From Mobula hypostoma (taxonomy: Eukaryota): a stretch of DNA of 64,000 bases. Below the pieces are notes generated by a model. The model was not told where the DNA came from, ran no database searches, and saw nothing but the letters and a program-made list of their open reading frames with translations. Location of the stretch: the NCBI RefSeq assembly GCF_963921235.1, contig NC_086101.1, positions 27,094,001-27,158,000 of the forward strand, written 5' to 3'. Within the stretch, counting starts at the first letter, position 1, and every line of letters begins with the position of its first letter. The position numbers and the translations under genes were made by a program. Of the stretch, positions 35,021 through 47,698 are shown piece after piece.

Positions 35021-37879
35021 TATTCTCTTTGCCAATGTTTAGCTCAGTAAGGGTCCAAAAGCACTACGGCAAATATTTTCTATCACGGTTGGCTTGAGTT
35101 GTTCTCCGATCTTGGCAATTAATTTGCAAACGTTTCATCCTCATATGAGGTGATATCATCAGTGCGCTGTTAATTCTCTATCATTCTGCATTCCTAATGT
35201 TCATGATACAAAAGCAACTCGAACAATCTGATGTTAAGAAACAGCAGCTTGGCAGTTGATTATTTTCACATGTTCAGAGATAGAGTGAAAAGTTCATTTT
35301 GCTTGTCGTTCGTACAAATCAGGGCATTGAGGTAGTAACAGGGTAAACGTGATCAGAATGCAGAATAAAAAGTTACAGAGAAAGTGTTATGCAGGCACAT
35401 AATAAAATGAAAAAGGCAGAGTGTGAGGTTAGGGGTCCACTTTATAGTACAAGCAATCAATAATCTTAAAAAATTCATAGGATAGAAGCTACTCTGAAGC
35501 TGGCAGTGCAGGTTTTATTTTATTTTGTGGTGGAGAGAATGGGGGGGAGGGGAAGAGGCATAAATCTGAAATGTTCACAGGCACAAGGGTACTATCAAAC
35601 GGTTATCGGCTGAGCTGCATAAAGAACATATTTGGTCATTAAAATCAATGGGCCGGCATGGTACTCTGAGAAGGCTGAAGCGAGCTGGTCTGTGCAGAGT
35701 AGAGAGCATCCTTACACACTGTATGGTACGGAAACTGCCCTGTGGCAGGCAGGAAGGCTCCACGATATAGAGTCCCAATACATCATTGGCACCAGACTAC
35801 CCGCCATCAAGCATGTATCAAGTTCAAGTTCAGTTTATTGTCATTCAACCGTACGCACATGTACCGCCAAACAAAACCATGTTCCTCTGGACCAAGGTGC
35901 ACAACACAGCACACAACTCATGAAGTCATATTACTACAAATAAATCAATAAAAGTTAAAACGTAAACAGTATAATGCTACTGGTGCTTCAGACATGATGA
36001 GAGCAGGGTGGTGGTGTAGGATTTTGTGAATAAAACATGCGACAGTCATTTTATGTGCTTAACAAAAGCTGCGGCCCTTTACTTCCATTACGAACAAGCC
36101 AAAAGCAGCCGCCTTACATTGGACTGATTTGAGTGTGTGAATTAGAAAGGGTCCAATGTGGCAAATATACAGAAAGGTGCTGGAAAAGGGCCAGTAATAT
36201 CATGAACGATTCCCAGCCACCCTGCCCACAGACAGTTTGGCCCACTCCCATCAGAGAGGAGGCTACGTAGCATCCATGCCAGAATCACCAGTTATAAACA
36301 GTTACTTTCTGCGAGCAGTAAGGCAGATCAACACCTCCACCACTTTATCATTTCATGTACAAACCCTCCTGTGCCTAGCATCACTGTATGGACATAAAAT
36401 CAATGTACAGTACATAATCTATCTTAGGTATTCATTTATAGTTATTGTGTTTATTTTGTGCTACATTAGATCCAGAGTAACAATCATTTTGTTCCCCTTT
36501 ACACTTGTGTACTGGAAATGACATTGAACAACTTGGATCTTGAATCTAGAATGGAAGTGCAGTGGCTAAACGAGGTGCAGAATTAGACAATTTGGCCCAT
36601 CAAGTCTGCTGATTTATTCTCTCTCAATTCCATTCCCTGCCTTCTCCCTGACACCCTGACTAATCGAGAACCTATCAACCTCAGCTTTCAGTGTACCTAA
36701 TAACTCGGCCTCCACAGCCGTCTGTGACAGTGAATTCTACAGATTCACCACCCTCTGGCTGAAGAAATTCCTCCTCATCTCCGTTCTAAAGTGACTTCAT
36801 TCCATTCTGAGTCTTGCCCACTGCCAGACACATCCTCTCCATGTCCACTCTATCTAGGACTTCCAATAAGATAGGTTTGAACGAGAACTCATCCATTCTT
36901 CTGAGCATCAGCAAGTACAAGCCCAGAACCATCAGACGGTCCTGTATATTAACCCTTTCATTCCTGGGATCATTCACATGAGCCGCGTCTGGCCAGTCTC
37001 CAGTGCCAGCACATCCTTTCTTAGGCAAGTGGTCCAAAACTACTCACAATATTCCATTCCATGCAGAATGTGGGATGATTTCACGGGAATACACAAGTTT
37101 AACAGGCTGAGGATGTTTTCCAAAGTGGAGGGGAATCTGGAATTAAACAAATGAGGAATTCCTTTTCTCAAGAGATCCTAAATATATGGAATTCTCTATT
37201 ACAAAGAGCTGTGAGGTGGAGTCCGTCAATGTATTCAAGGCCAAGGTGGACAGACATTTAGGCAATGATGGAGGTTGATTGTCAATAGGGAAAGTCTGGA
37301 GTTATGAGAAAGGGTAGAAAAGTGAAGTCAGGATTATATCAGCCACAATCTACCTGAATGACAGAGCAGATTCAAGGAGCTGAAGGCCCAACACCTGCTT
37401 CTATTTCTCCTACAACCAACTTTTAAAGATGAGTGTTCATCTTTCAAATGTTTGGTGACTGTAAGTACGATAAAGTGTGTGATTGTGCTTACTGTGTTTT
37501 TTTCACTTGTCCCCAGGAGAACACTGCTTTATATTTGTGTATGGTTGAATGACAATTAAACTTCAACTTGATGGTCAGAGGCAAAAAAACACATTGACAA
37601 CATGCAGAGTTGCAAAATATCCAACAATGTACAGCTGCAGTGATGAGTTCAAACAATATCCTGTCCCAAAAAAAAATCTAAAATGAAATACCTGTTGTAT
37701 TATGTGACAACATTAAGGACAATATTTAACATTTTGTCTTAAACTCAAAAAAATGGCATCTGTTGCTGAAATTGAGAGAGATTGAAAATTAACCCTTTGG
37801 TTGAAGAGCCCTTTGGTTGCACATAATTAACACAGAACTGTTTCCTTTTGGGGGAAACTTGCCCGACAAATCTGCTGGA

Positions 37880-39040
37880 ATTCTTTCAGGAAATAATAGA
37901 TCAGCTAGAAAAGGAGTTTGTGGATGTTATTTGGATTTTCAGAAGGCCTTTAATATGGTGCTGCACACGAGGCTGCTAAAGAAGATAAGAGCACTTGGTA
38001 TGAGAGGTAGGACGCCAGCACGCATAGTTTAGCTGACTGGCAAAAGGCAAAGAGTGGGAATAAAGCAGGCCTTTTCTAGTTTCAACACTGACTCATGACC
38101 TACAGGGGTCAGGATCAGAACATTGAATGTCAGTGATTTGGATGATGGAGGTTTGGCTTTGTGGCCAAGTTTGCTGATGATAAAAAAAATAAGTGGAGTA
38201 GTGTCGAGGAAGTAGGAAGTCTGCAGAAGAAAATAGATTGAGAATGGGCAAAGAGGGGGCAGATGGAATACAGTGCAGATACTCTTGTCTTTGATAGAAG
38301 GAATAAAGGCATAATCTATTTCCTAAATATGGGGGGGGGGGAGAGCGGGGGAGGAGAGGAAATCAAAATTCAAAGGGACTGGAGTCTTTGTGCAGAACTC
38401 CCTAAAGGTTCACTTGCAGGTCGAGTTGGTGGTAAGGAAGGCAAATTCAATGTTATCATTTGTTTTTGAGAGGACTAGGTACACAAACAAGGATGTAATG
38501 CTGAGGTTTAAGGCATTGGTCAGACTGCCCTTGGAGTATTGAGAGCAGGTTTGGGCCCCAAAGCTGAAGGAAAGGTCTGCAAGCTTTGGAGAGGATCCAG
38601 AGGAGGTTCACAAGATTTATACCAGGAATCAAAGGGTTAACATACGAGGAGCATTTGGTGCCATTAGGCCTGTTCTCACTGAAGTTTGAAGAATGGGGTG
38701 GGTGGGGGTTTGGGGGTGGAGGGGAGATCTCTGAAACCTATCAAGTATTGAAAAGCCAAGAATGAATGGACATGGAGAGGATGTTTCTAATGATGGGGGA
38801 CCCTAGGAACAGGGGGCACAGCCTCAGAATTCAAGAATCTCCCTGCAGAACAGATGAGGAACTGCTTTAGCTAGAGGGAGGTTGATCTGTGGACTTATTG
38901 CCACAGATGGCTGAAGAGGTTGAAAGGTTCTTAATTAGTAAGGGCATCAAAGATTACGGGGAAAAGACAGATGAATGGGGTTGAGGGGGACAATAAATGG
39001 AATGATAGAGTAAACTCAATGGGCCAAATGGTCTAATTTT
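37880..39040 (+). mobile_element. Decayed CR1 RT/3' fragment
   Basis: ggattttcagaaggcc..., gccaagtttgctgatgat..., and a CR1 3' UTR. A further fragment lies at about 40740-41150. Confidence 0.75.
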
Positions 39041-41149
39041 CTTAAATTTATAATCAGGACTAAGTAGTGTGGGAAAATGAGCCTGTTTCAGGTTACAGGA
39101 AAGGAAGGCTGGAAAGAATAGAGGCAACATCTGTGATTGAATGACAATCAAGATTGCCCTGGTGAAACAGTTGGGTTTCGCGCCATGCAAAAGAGGGATG
39201 AATCATTGGTCAATGCTTAGTGTAAGGGAGTATGTATGAGGGTATAGAAAAACCTGCAAGTACAATGCAGAAAGCAGCAGTTGCTGGAAATCTGAAATAA
39301 AACATTGGAAATACCGAAATCAGCTTGTCTGAAGGGAGAGGAAAATGAACAGGTTACTGTTACAGAATGACCTTCCATCTCTTCTATGGAAGAGACTAGT
39401 TACGTTAAATAAAGGCAGCTTCAGGTGTGTAGTGTTCAAATGGGAACTAAATTTATGAAATAAGCCACATTTCTGTTGTGGGGGGGGTGGGGTGGGGAGA
39501 GACAGAGACAGATAAACTGCTCTGTGTCTGTGAGATCCTGACTTGGAGCCTCAACCGAAAAAAAGAGATCCTCCTTGTGGCTGAACAACTGTTATTTATA
39601 TAGCACCAGTGGTAGGAGGATGAAGGGCTTGACATAGCAAGATTGTGGCTGCCAGTGGATGAGTGAATGCAGGAACAACTGTTCTTTTAGGGTTAGAAGC
39701 TACAGACGCTGGGAGAGGGGGGATCTGAACAAGGGTACATTCTGTAATGTCCTCTGAATCTACACCTACTGCTCAAGACTTCCAGCAGCTGCAGAATCTG
39801 CTATGCCTCTGAATTTACAAGGACCTAGAATCACCCCAACCTTGACAATATTTGAACTGCTAGGAGCCCAGATTTCAGTTTCTATTGTAAATAACTCAGG
39901 AGACTCATCTTGTACTCCCTCACACCAGTTTTCCTAGGTACCTTGTGTTTTTTTTTTAAATTAAAAATTCACCAGCAAATGTAGGAAAGCAACCAGTTGT
40001 ACACAGCAAGTTCTTGTGAATACTAATACACAATTAAAAACTGATAATCCAGGTTTGCTCAATCTCTGCATGACCATAGGTTTCCAACATCCCAACCACA
40101 TGCTGGTAGTTAAGTGGTGTGGAATCTGGATGGAATTGATGGGGAGTGAGGGAAAGAGAAGAGAAAGAAAATAGGGCAATTATTGCAGGAATATGGATGG
40201 GGGGGGGGTGCGTGAAATACAACAGATTACTGCAGTTTTGAGTAGGCACCCGATTGTCAACAGGAACTCCGCACATTTCTATGGAACTCGACTATAATGA
40301 TGATTTGTGCCTGTGATGCTGCTGCAAGTTTTTCATTGCACCCTGTACACAATAAATTTCAGTTTTGACTAGCTGGAGATAGTCAACTAGCTGCACAACA
40401 CAGCAAACTTGTAGCTTTAAAATAATACAAGAAGAGGGCAACCATACTTAAGCTTCTCAACCAAAATCCACTGATGAAAGTGCTATAGTAAAAGCCCACA
40501 GTGCAGAAACTTGTACAGAATGAACATCCTAACTCAGAAGCCAAAATGCTTAAGGCACAAGAGGAATTGAAGAATGTCTGTTCACAGCAGTGAGGACAAA
40601 CTGCACAAACAAAGGGCAGTGGATTTAGATGCAAAAGATGTGGAACTGAAAGAGTCCCTATAAGAGAAAAACAAAGAATTCAGCAACTTGGATCGAGCAT
40701 GCCTGGCTAAAAGCACAAATAAATTAAAATACAACAGCAAGGGTGTGATGCGTGGCTGAACAAGGCATTGATCAGACTGTACTTGGAATATTGAAAGCAA
40801 TTTTGGGACCCTTATCTTAGAAAGGATATGTTGGCATTGGAGAAGCTCCAGGAGGTTCCTGAGAATGATCCCAGGAATTAAAGGATTAACAATATGAAGA
40901 GTATTTAATGGCCCTGAGCCAGTACTTGCTGGAGATTAGATGAAGGCGGGGAATCTCATTGAAACCTATCGAATACTGAAAGGCCTAAATAAAGTGGCCA
41001 TTGAGAGAATGTTTCCAATAGTGGGAGAGTCCAGGAAACATGGGCACCGCTTCAGAATAAAACCCTTAACAAGAGATGGAAGAATTTCTTTGACTAGAAT
41101 ATGTGGAATTCATTGCCAAAGACAGTTGTGGAGGCCAAGTCATTGGCTA

Positions 41150-41640
41150 TACACTCAGTGGCTACTTTATTAGGTGCAGCTGCTTGTTAATGCAAATATC
41201 CAACCAGATAATCACGTGGCAGCAACTCAATGCATAAAAGCATGTAAACATAGGCAAGAGGTTCAGTTGTTCAGACCAATCATTAGAAGGGAGAAGAAAC
41301 GTGATGCAAGTGACTTTGACCATGGAATGATTGTTGGTGCTAGATGGGGTGGTTTGACCACCTCAAACTGCTGATCTCCTGGGATTTTCACACGCAGTCT
41401 CTAGAGTTTACAGAGAATGGTGTGAAAAATGAAAAAAAAAAGTGTACAGTGATTGTTAGAGAGGTCAGAGGAGAATGGTCAGACTAGTTCAAGCTGAGAG
41501 GAAGGCAACAGTAACTCAAATAACCGGTGTTAGAATAGTGAAGAGCATCTGAGCACACAACACATTGAACCTTGATTTTGATCGGCTGCAGCAGCAGAAG
41601 ACCATGAACATACACTTAGTGGCCACTTTATTATGTAGTG
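41150..41640. mobile_element. Tc1-derived non-autonomous element
   Basis: cactcagtggc(c/t)actttattaggt-like motif at both ends and remnant 'catggaatgattgttggtgctag'. Confidence 0.5.
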
Positions 41641-41927
41641 GAGTACATAACAAATAGGCCAGTGTCTTTACAGAAAGAGTTTTTTTTGAGTAACAAGGGC
41701 ATCAAATGTTACAGTAGAAGGCCAAAGAATGGAGTTGAGAGGGATAGAAAATTAAACATGATGCAATGATGGAGCAGACTTGATGGGCTAGATGGTCTAA
41801 TTCTGCACCTATGTCTTATGGACTTGGTCTAAATTTCAGAATTAGGGCGAAAAATTCAGTGGGTTCACAACTCTATCACTTTAAATAAATAATAAAAACA
41901 AGTGTGCAGTCGTATAACACTTCATAC

Positions 41928-41933
41928 TTTATT
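41928..41933 (-). terminator. PDXP: Likely PDXP polyadenylation signal
   Basis: tttatt on the plus strand, about 185 nt after the stop codon. Confidence 0.55.
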
Positions 41934-42117
41934 GTCAGAATTATAAATGGATAAATCATCCCTGCTAGTCCTTTGTTAGCTGATCCATGCTCTGTTTTGT
42001 CCACAACTCCAAGGCAGATGCACAGACGCCACCAGTGTGCAGACAGCTTCCTCCCATCACCAGTGAGGTTGGATGGAGTCAGTGAGGCTAGTTTGGCACC
42101 AATGTCACCCCCTTCAG

Positions 42118-42452
42118 TCAGCCCGTTAGCAGGGGAAGGAAATCTGCAATGCTGTCCACATAGAAGTTGGGGACCATCCTCTGGCGGTCAAGGCACGTGC
42201 TCGTCATGTTGTCCTGTGCCTCCTGCAGGGTGGAGACACCCGTCAGAGTCAGCACCGTCTGCACCCCGCAGTTGGAGCCAAAGAGGATGTCCGTGTCCAG
42301 CCGGTCACCAATCATCAGTGTGCGGGCAGGGTCGAGGGGCTCGCCCGCTCCCCTCTCATTGATGCAGTCGAACATGAACCTGCTGGGCTTGCCGATGACT
42401 TCTGCCTTGCGGCCAGACGCTACCTCCACAGCTGCCGTCAGGCTGCCAGTGC
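42118..42452 (-). CDS. PDXP: Pyridoxal phosphatase (chronophin) exon 2
   Basis: ttctcctttacag acceptor; (G)TGSLTAAVEVASGRKAEVIGKPS...GDRLDTDILFG...LTG-stop (HAD motifs III and IV). Confidence 0.92.
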
Positions 42453-42900
42453 CTGTAAAGGAGAAAGGAATGAGATAGTCATTCCGATCAGGGTTACATC
42501 TCTCTCCCAACTCCTCCTCCTGCCCTGTCATCCTCATCTCTCAACAATAAATGCCAGAGACTGCAAATTAGCAACCTACAATCTCAATTGCATTATCTCA
42601 AAGCTTATCCCACGACATGAAAAGCTCCAGTTTAAAAATGCCTATTTTGCAAAAAGCTATTCTACTTGGTGAACTACTGATAGTTTAAACTTTATTAAGT
42701 TGAATTAAGGCTAATGAAGTCTGATAAACTTGTTGCTCTGTCCCCTCATTTTACCTAACTCAAGAATGTGACCTTGTTCCTTATTCTGCAAGTTAACACA
42801 GTCAGCAAGTATTAGAACAAATTGAGACTTAAATTAGTAGTAGGCCATTCGTCTTTTGAATCTTTGGGACAAGATCATTGTGGAATTGACTAACCACAAA

Positions 42901-45247
42901 CCTGTGTCCCCCGCTTTTCAAACCCTCACTCTTACGAAAGACCTACATTAGTACCCTGTTTTCACTTTCAGAAGGTGTTTTCACTGTTACAAAGAAAGGC
43001 AGCGTGCACCCCGAGCAGCCGCTCTCCCCTGGATTCAGAATGGCTTTGCTTAAACGCGTGCCTCTGAGCAGCCATTAGCAAGAGGAGTTCTATGGTATCG
43101 GAAAAGCCTGAAAGAGCTGGTAAGGGTGTTACACTTAACGTAAAACTAGACATAATTAAGCGTTTCAATTGTGGTGAACGAAGTAAGGACAAAGTGAGTT
43201 TGGCTTGTGGAAGATGACGAAGATGATGTTGAAGAGGTTTTGGCATCCCATGACCAAAATCTGATAGATGAAGAGCTGATGCAATTGGAAGAGGAAAGGA
43301 TAACAATCAAAACCAAATGCAGTAGCAAAATGAACGTGAAGCAACTGCATGAGATTTTCGCTGCAATGATAAAGTATGACTTTAATTTTGAAAGGGTACG
43401 TAGGTTTAGGGAATATTTGCAAGATGGTTTGGGTCCTTACAAGGAACTGTATGATAGAAAAATGTGCAATGCTCAGCAGTCAAGCAAGCCTTCCACATCA
43501 GCCACAGCAGACGACGAACCTCGACCTTCGACATTGAGGCAGGCAGTCATAGGAGAAGATGAGCTGCCTGCTGTAATGGAAACAGACGACGAGATGACAC
43601 CCCAGTGTCCCACCACCCCAACCCCCAGGCCACGGACAGATACCGATTTGTGGAGAATGCAACAGTAGCCAGGAGGCACACAGCACATCTTTAAGAAAAA
43701 AGCCAAAATAAACATGCTAATTTATTAGGTGCCACCCAACACGTAATTGTCGGCCCAGATCAGAGACGGTGCAATCGGAAATCGGCACTGATCTGGGCCA
43801 ACAATTACGTGCTGGGCGGCACCTAATTAATTGGCATGTTTATTTCGGCTTTTTTTTCTTAAAGATGTGTTGGGTGCCTCCCAGCTACCGCTGCACCCCT
43901 GCATGCTTCGCGGTTCAGTATCGGTCGGCGGCCTGGAGGGTGGGGGCCACTGCAGCACCCAACCTGCGATGACTTAGTCTAACACACCATCAGTGTGCTC
44001 TGCGCTGAACCAATTCCGGTATTAATACTACACTGTACATACAATTATTTCTACTTTATATAGGCTGTATTTTTACGTGTTATTTGGTATGATTTGGCAG
44101 CTTCATAGCTTAAAGGTTACTGGAGAGTGCTTGCATCGTGTTTTTGCCGACAGCGCTTGTGTGAGATTTTCTGCCGAGAGTGCTTACGTGAGATTTTCGC
44201 TACGGAGAACAGTACAGTAATGATTGTGGAAAAGTATTTCTACTTTATATAGGCTGTGTATTTATCATATCATTCCTGCTTTTACTATATGACTACTAGT
44301 ATTAGACTATTATTTAAATGGAGAAAGAATTCAAAGTTCTGAGATGCAATGGGACTTGGAAGTCCTCGTACAGGATACCCTTAGAGTTAACCTCCAGGTT
44401 GAGTCTGTAGTGAAGAAGGCGAATGTAATGTTGGCATTCATTTCTAGAGGAATAGAGTATAGGAGCAGGGGTGTGATGTTGAGGCTCTATAAGGCACTGT
44501 GAGACTTCGCTTGGAGTACTGTGGGCAGTTTTGGTTTCCTTATTTAAGAAAGGATATGCTGACGTTGGAGAGGGTACAGAGAAGATTCACTAGAATGATT
44601 CCGGGAATGAGAAGGTTAACATAGGAGGAACATTTGCCCGCTCTTGGACTGTATTCCTTGGAGTTTAGAAGAATGAGGGGAGACCTCATAGAAACATTTC
44701 GAATGTTGAAAGGCATGGATAGAGTGGATGTGGCAAAGTTGTTTCCCATGATGGGGGAGTCTAGTACAAGAGGGCATGACTTAAGGATTGAAGGGCGCCC
44801 ATTCAGAACAGAAATGCGAAGAAATTTTTTTAGTCAGAGGGTGGTGAATCTATGGAATTTGTTGCCACGGGCAGCAGTGGAGGCCAAGTCATTGGGTGTA
44901 TTTAAGGCAGAGATTGATATGTATCTGAGTAGCCAGGGCATCAAGGGTTATGGTGAGAAGGCGGGGGAGTGGGACTAAATGGGAAAATGGATCAGCTCAT
45001 GATAAAATGGAGCAGACTTGATGGGCCGAATGGCTGACTTCTGCTCCTTTGTCTTATGGTCTTATGTTACTGTTATTTTAGGTTTTATGTGTTACTTGGC
45101 ATGATTTGGTAGGTTATTTTTGGGTCTGCGAATGCTCACAAAACTTTCCCATATAAATAAATGGTAATTGCTTCTTCACTTTACGACATTTCGGCTTACG
45201 AACCATTTCATAGGAACGCTCTACCTTCGGATGGCGGGGGAAATCTG
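42901..45247 (+). mobile_element. Decayed Tigger/pogo DNA transposon with a nested CR1 3' insertion (about 44300-45065)
   Basis: VTLNVKLDIIKRFN HTH-like remnant; right terminus cttcggatggcgggggaaatctg|ta; the internal text resumes after the CR1. Confidence 0.7.
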
Positions 45248-46140
45248 TATTCTCCAATCCTTTGCAGCAACCTTTCACTCCTTAGCAACCAATTTATCTA
45301 CCTTACTGCTAAGGAAGATACACAACCCTAAAATTCTACCCTGCTCATTTTCAATGGGCAACTCCTGAAGGGATTCTGAAGATGCTGATAATCCACAGCA
45401 ACACACTAAAATGGAGGAATTCAGATCAGGCCACATCTCTGTTGGGAAATAAACTTGTTTTTCATCTCCATAAATGCTGACTGACCTGCTGACTTCCTCC
45501 AGCATTTTGTATCCACCCCTTATTTCAAGGCAGTGACCCCTTATAGTTCTAGTTCCTCCCACGGGAGCAAATAACCTCAAATTTTACTAAGACCCTTTGT
45601 TTCAATCCCTTCTCCTCAGCTCCAGCCTTGCATGGTCCACAATTCTTCTGAAGAACTTGCCCACACCAATAAACTTTTGACAAACTGCTTCTACGTCTAA
45701 GATTATGAAACAGCAAGGCAGGTCATATTAAATATACACAGACACATGCTCTGCAAAGTTTCCATTGTATATGCCTGCACTTGAATAGAGCAGACAGATG
45801 CAATAGAAACCTTGTAGAATTCAAGTTAAAATTCAGCAAGTGTAACCATTACAAATAACATAACAAAACTTTTGGTAGAAATTAAAGTCATAGATATCCT
45901 CAGGACTATGAAATGACAGGCAAGTGTACTTGTTCAAATGAAAGGTAATTATTCTGCTCAATTCTAATCATGCAATATCAAGCAATCTCATTGCTACCAT
46001 TGGTGAGGTGGTACAGGAGCCTGAAGACCCACACTCAATTTCTTAGGAACAGCTTCTTCCCTTTTACCATGAGATTTCTGACCAGCTCATAAACCCTACC
46101 TCATTAAAAATTGAAATAAATGTTATTATCAGAGCTTATA

Positions 46141-46860
46141 CAGTGGCATGCAAAAGTTTGGGCACCCTTGGTCAAAATTTCTGTTACTGTGAATAGCTAA
46201 GTGAGTAAAAGATGAACTGATTTCCAAAAGGTATAAAGTTAAAGATGACACATTTCTTTAATATTTTAAGCAAGAAAACTTTATTTCCATCTTTTAGTTT
46301 CAAAATAACAAAAAATGAAAAGGGCCCAATGCAAAAGTTTGGGCACCCTGCATGGCAGTACTGAGTAACACCCCCTTTGGCAAGTATCACAGCTTGTAGA
46401 CGCTTTTTGTAGCCAGCCAAGAGTCTTTCAATTCTTGTTTGGGGGATTTTCACCCATTCTTCCTTGCAAAAGGCTTCTAGTTCTGAGAGATTCTTGGGCC
46501 GTCTTGCATGCACTGCTCTTTTGTGGTCTATCCACAGATTCTCGATGATGCTTAGGTCGGGGGACTGTGAGGGCCATGGCAAAGCCTTCAGCTTGTGCCT
46601 CTTGAGGTAGTCCATTGTGGATTTTGAGGTGCGTTTAGGATCATTATCTTGTAGAAGCCATCCTCTTTTCATCTCAGCTTTTTTTTTAATATTACAGAGG
46701 GTGTGATGTTTGCTTCTAGAATTTGCTGGTATTTAATTGAATTCATTCTTCCCTCTACCAGTGAGATATTCCCCGTGCCACTGGCTGCAACACAAGCCAA
46801 AAGCATGATCGATCCACCCCCGTACCTAACAGTTGGAGAGGTGTTCTTTTCATGAAATTC
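46141..46860 (-). mobile_element. Tc1/mariner transposon 3' half
   Basis: TA|cagtggcatgcaaaagtttgggcacc TIR with an internal direct repeat near 46330. Peptides GGGSIML...A and QDNDPK...SPDLSIIENLW...KGGVTQY; frameshift at the poly-T run near 46680. Confidence 0.9.
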
Positions 46861-47698
46861 AAGGGTGCTTTTATGCAGAATGCAAGTATGAGGTAGGAAT
46901 GGAAAATGCAGAAGACAACTGCCAGGTGAAGAACAAGACTGGACAGAATGGCCTACTTCTTGCAGATTCCTCTGCAAATGTTGCCAATTTCTAGATGGGT
47001 TCCGATACAAACTTTGAAATACCGATTTCAATTTGGTAGAATGCTAATTAGCTCACCTTTTAAAGAATTTAATCAAAATAGGAAGCAAAAAAAAAAACTA
47101 CATTCAGCAACATGACCCAACAATTATTTGCCAAGCTTTTTCCAAAACATAGTTGGTCCATCCTCTCCTGTATGATATGTCCATATATGGAGGGTATATT
47201 CAGCCCATCAAAAGCATGCTCATTCAATGCATTTCTTTCTATTTTCCTTGTAACCAATTCTCCCCACATTTTCTTGAAGCTGCCCCCCACCCAGATTTTA
47301 CACCTCAAACTTTGGTTGCTATAAATTGCACCCAATGAATCTCCCTATCTGCATAACTCTTGCGATGTGGGAGAGCATACTGAAGAAGCCCACAGCCACC
47401 AGGACATGCATACTCCACAGATTGCCTGTCCGTCAGGACTGAACCAGAGTCATTGGATATGAGAAAGTCTGCAGATGCTGGAAATCCAAAGCAACCTACA
47501 GAAAATGCTGTTGGAACTCAAGTCAGGCAGCAGCAATGGGAATCTATTCATTTCCACAGACGCTGCCTGACCCGAATTTGTCATTGCACCATGCCCCTCA
47601 AATTCCCAGAGTCTCTTCTTAGGTTTGGCAGCAATTTTATCTTGTCAGAGGAAGGAGATTTTAAAAATACAGAAAAAAATATATGCTGACACTCTTAC

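Noticed and set aside
43207-43668. 153-aa acidic ORF as a host gene
   Set aside because: It lies inside the decayed Tigger element.
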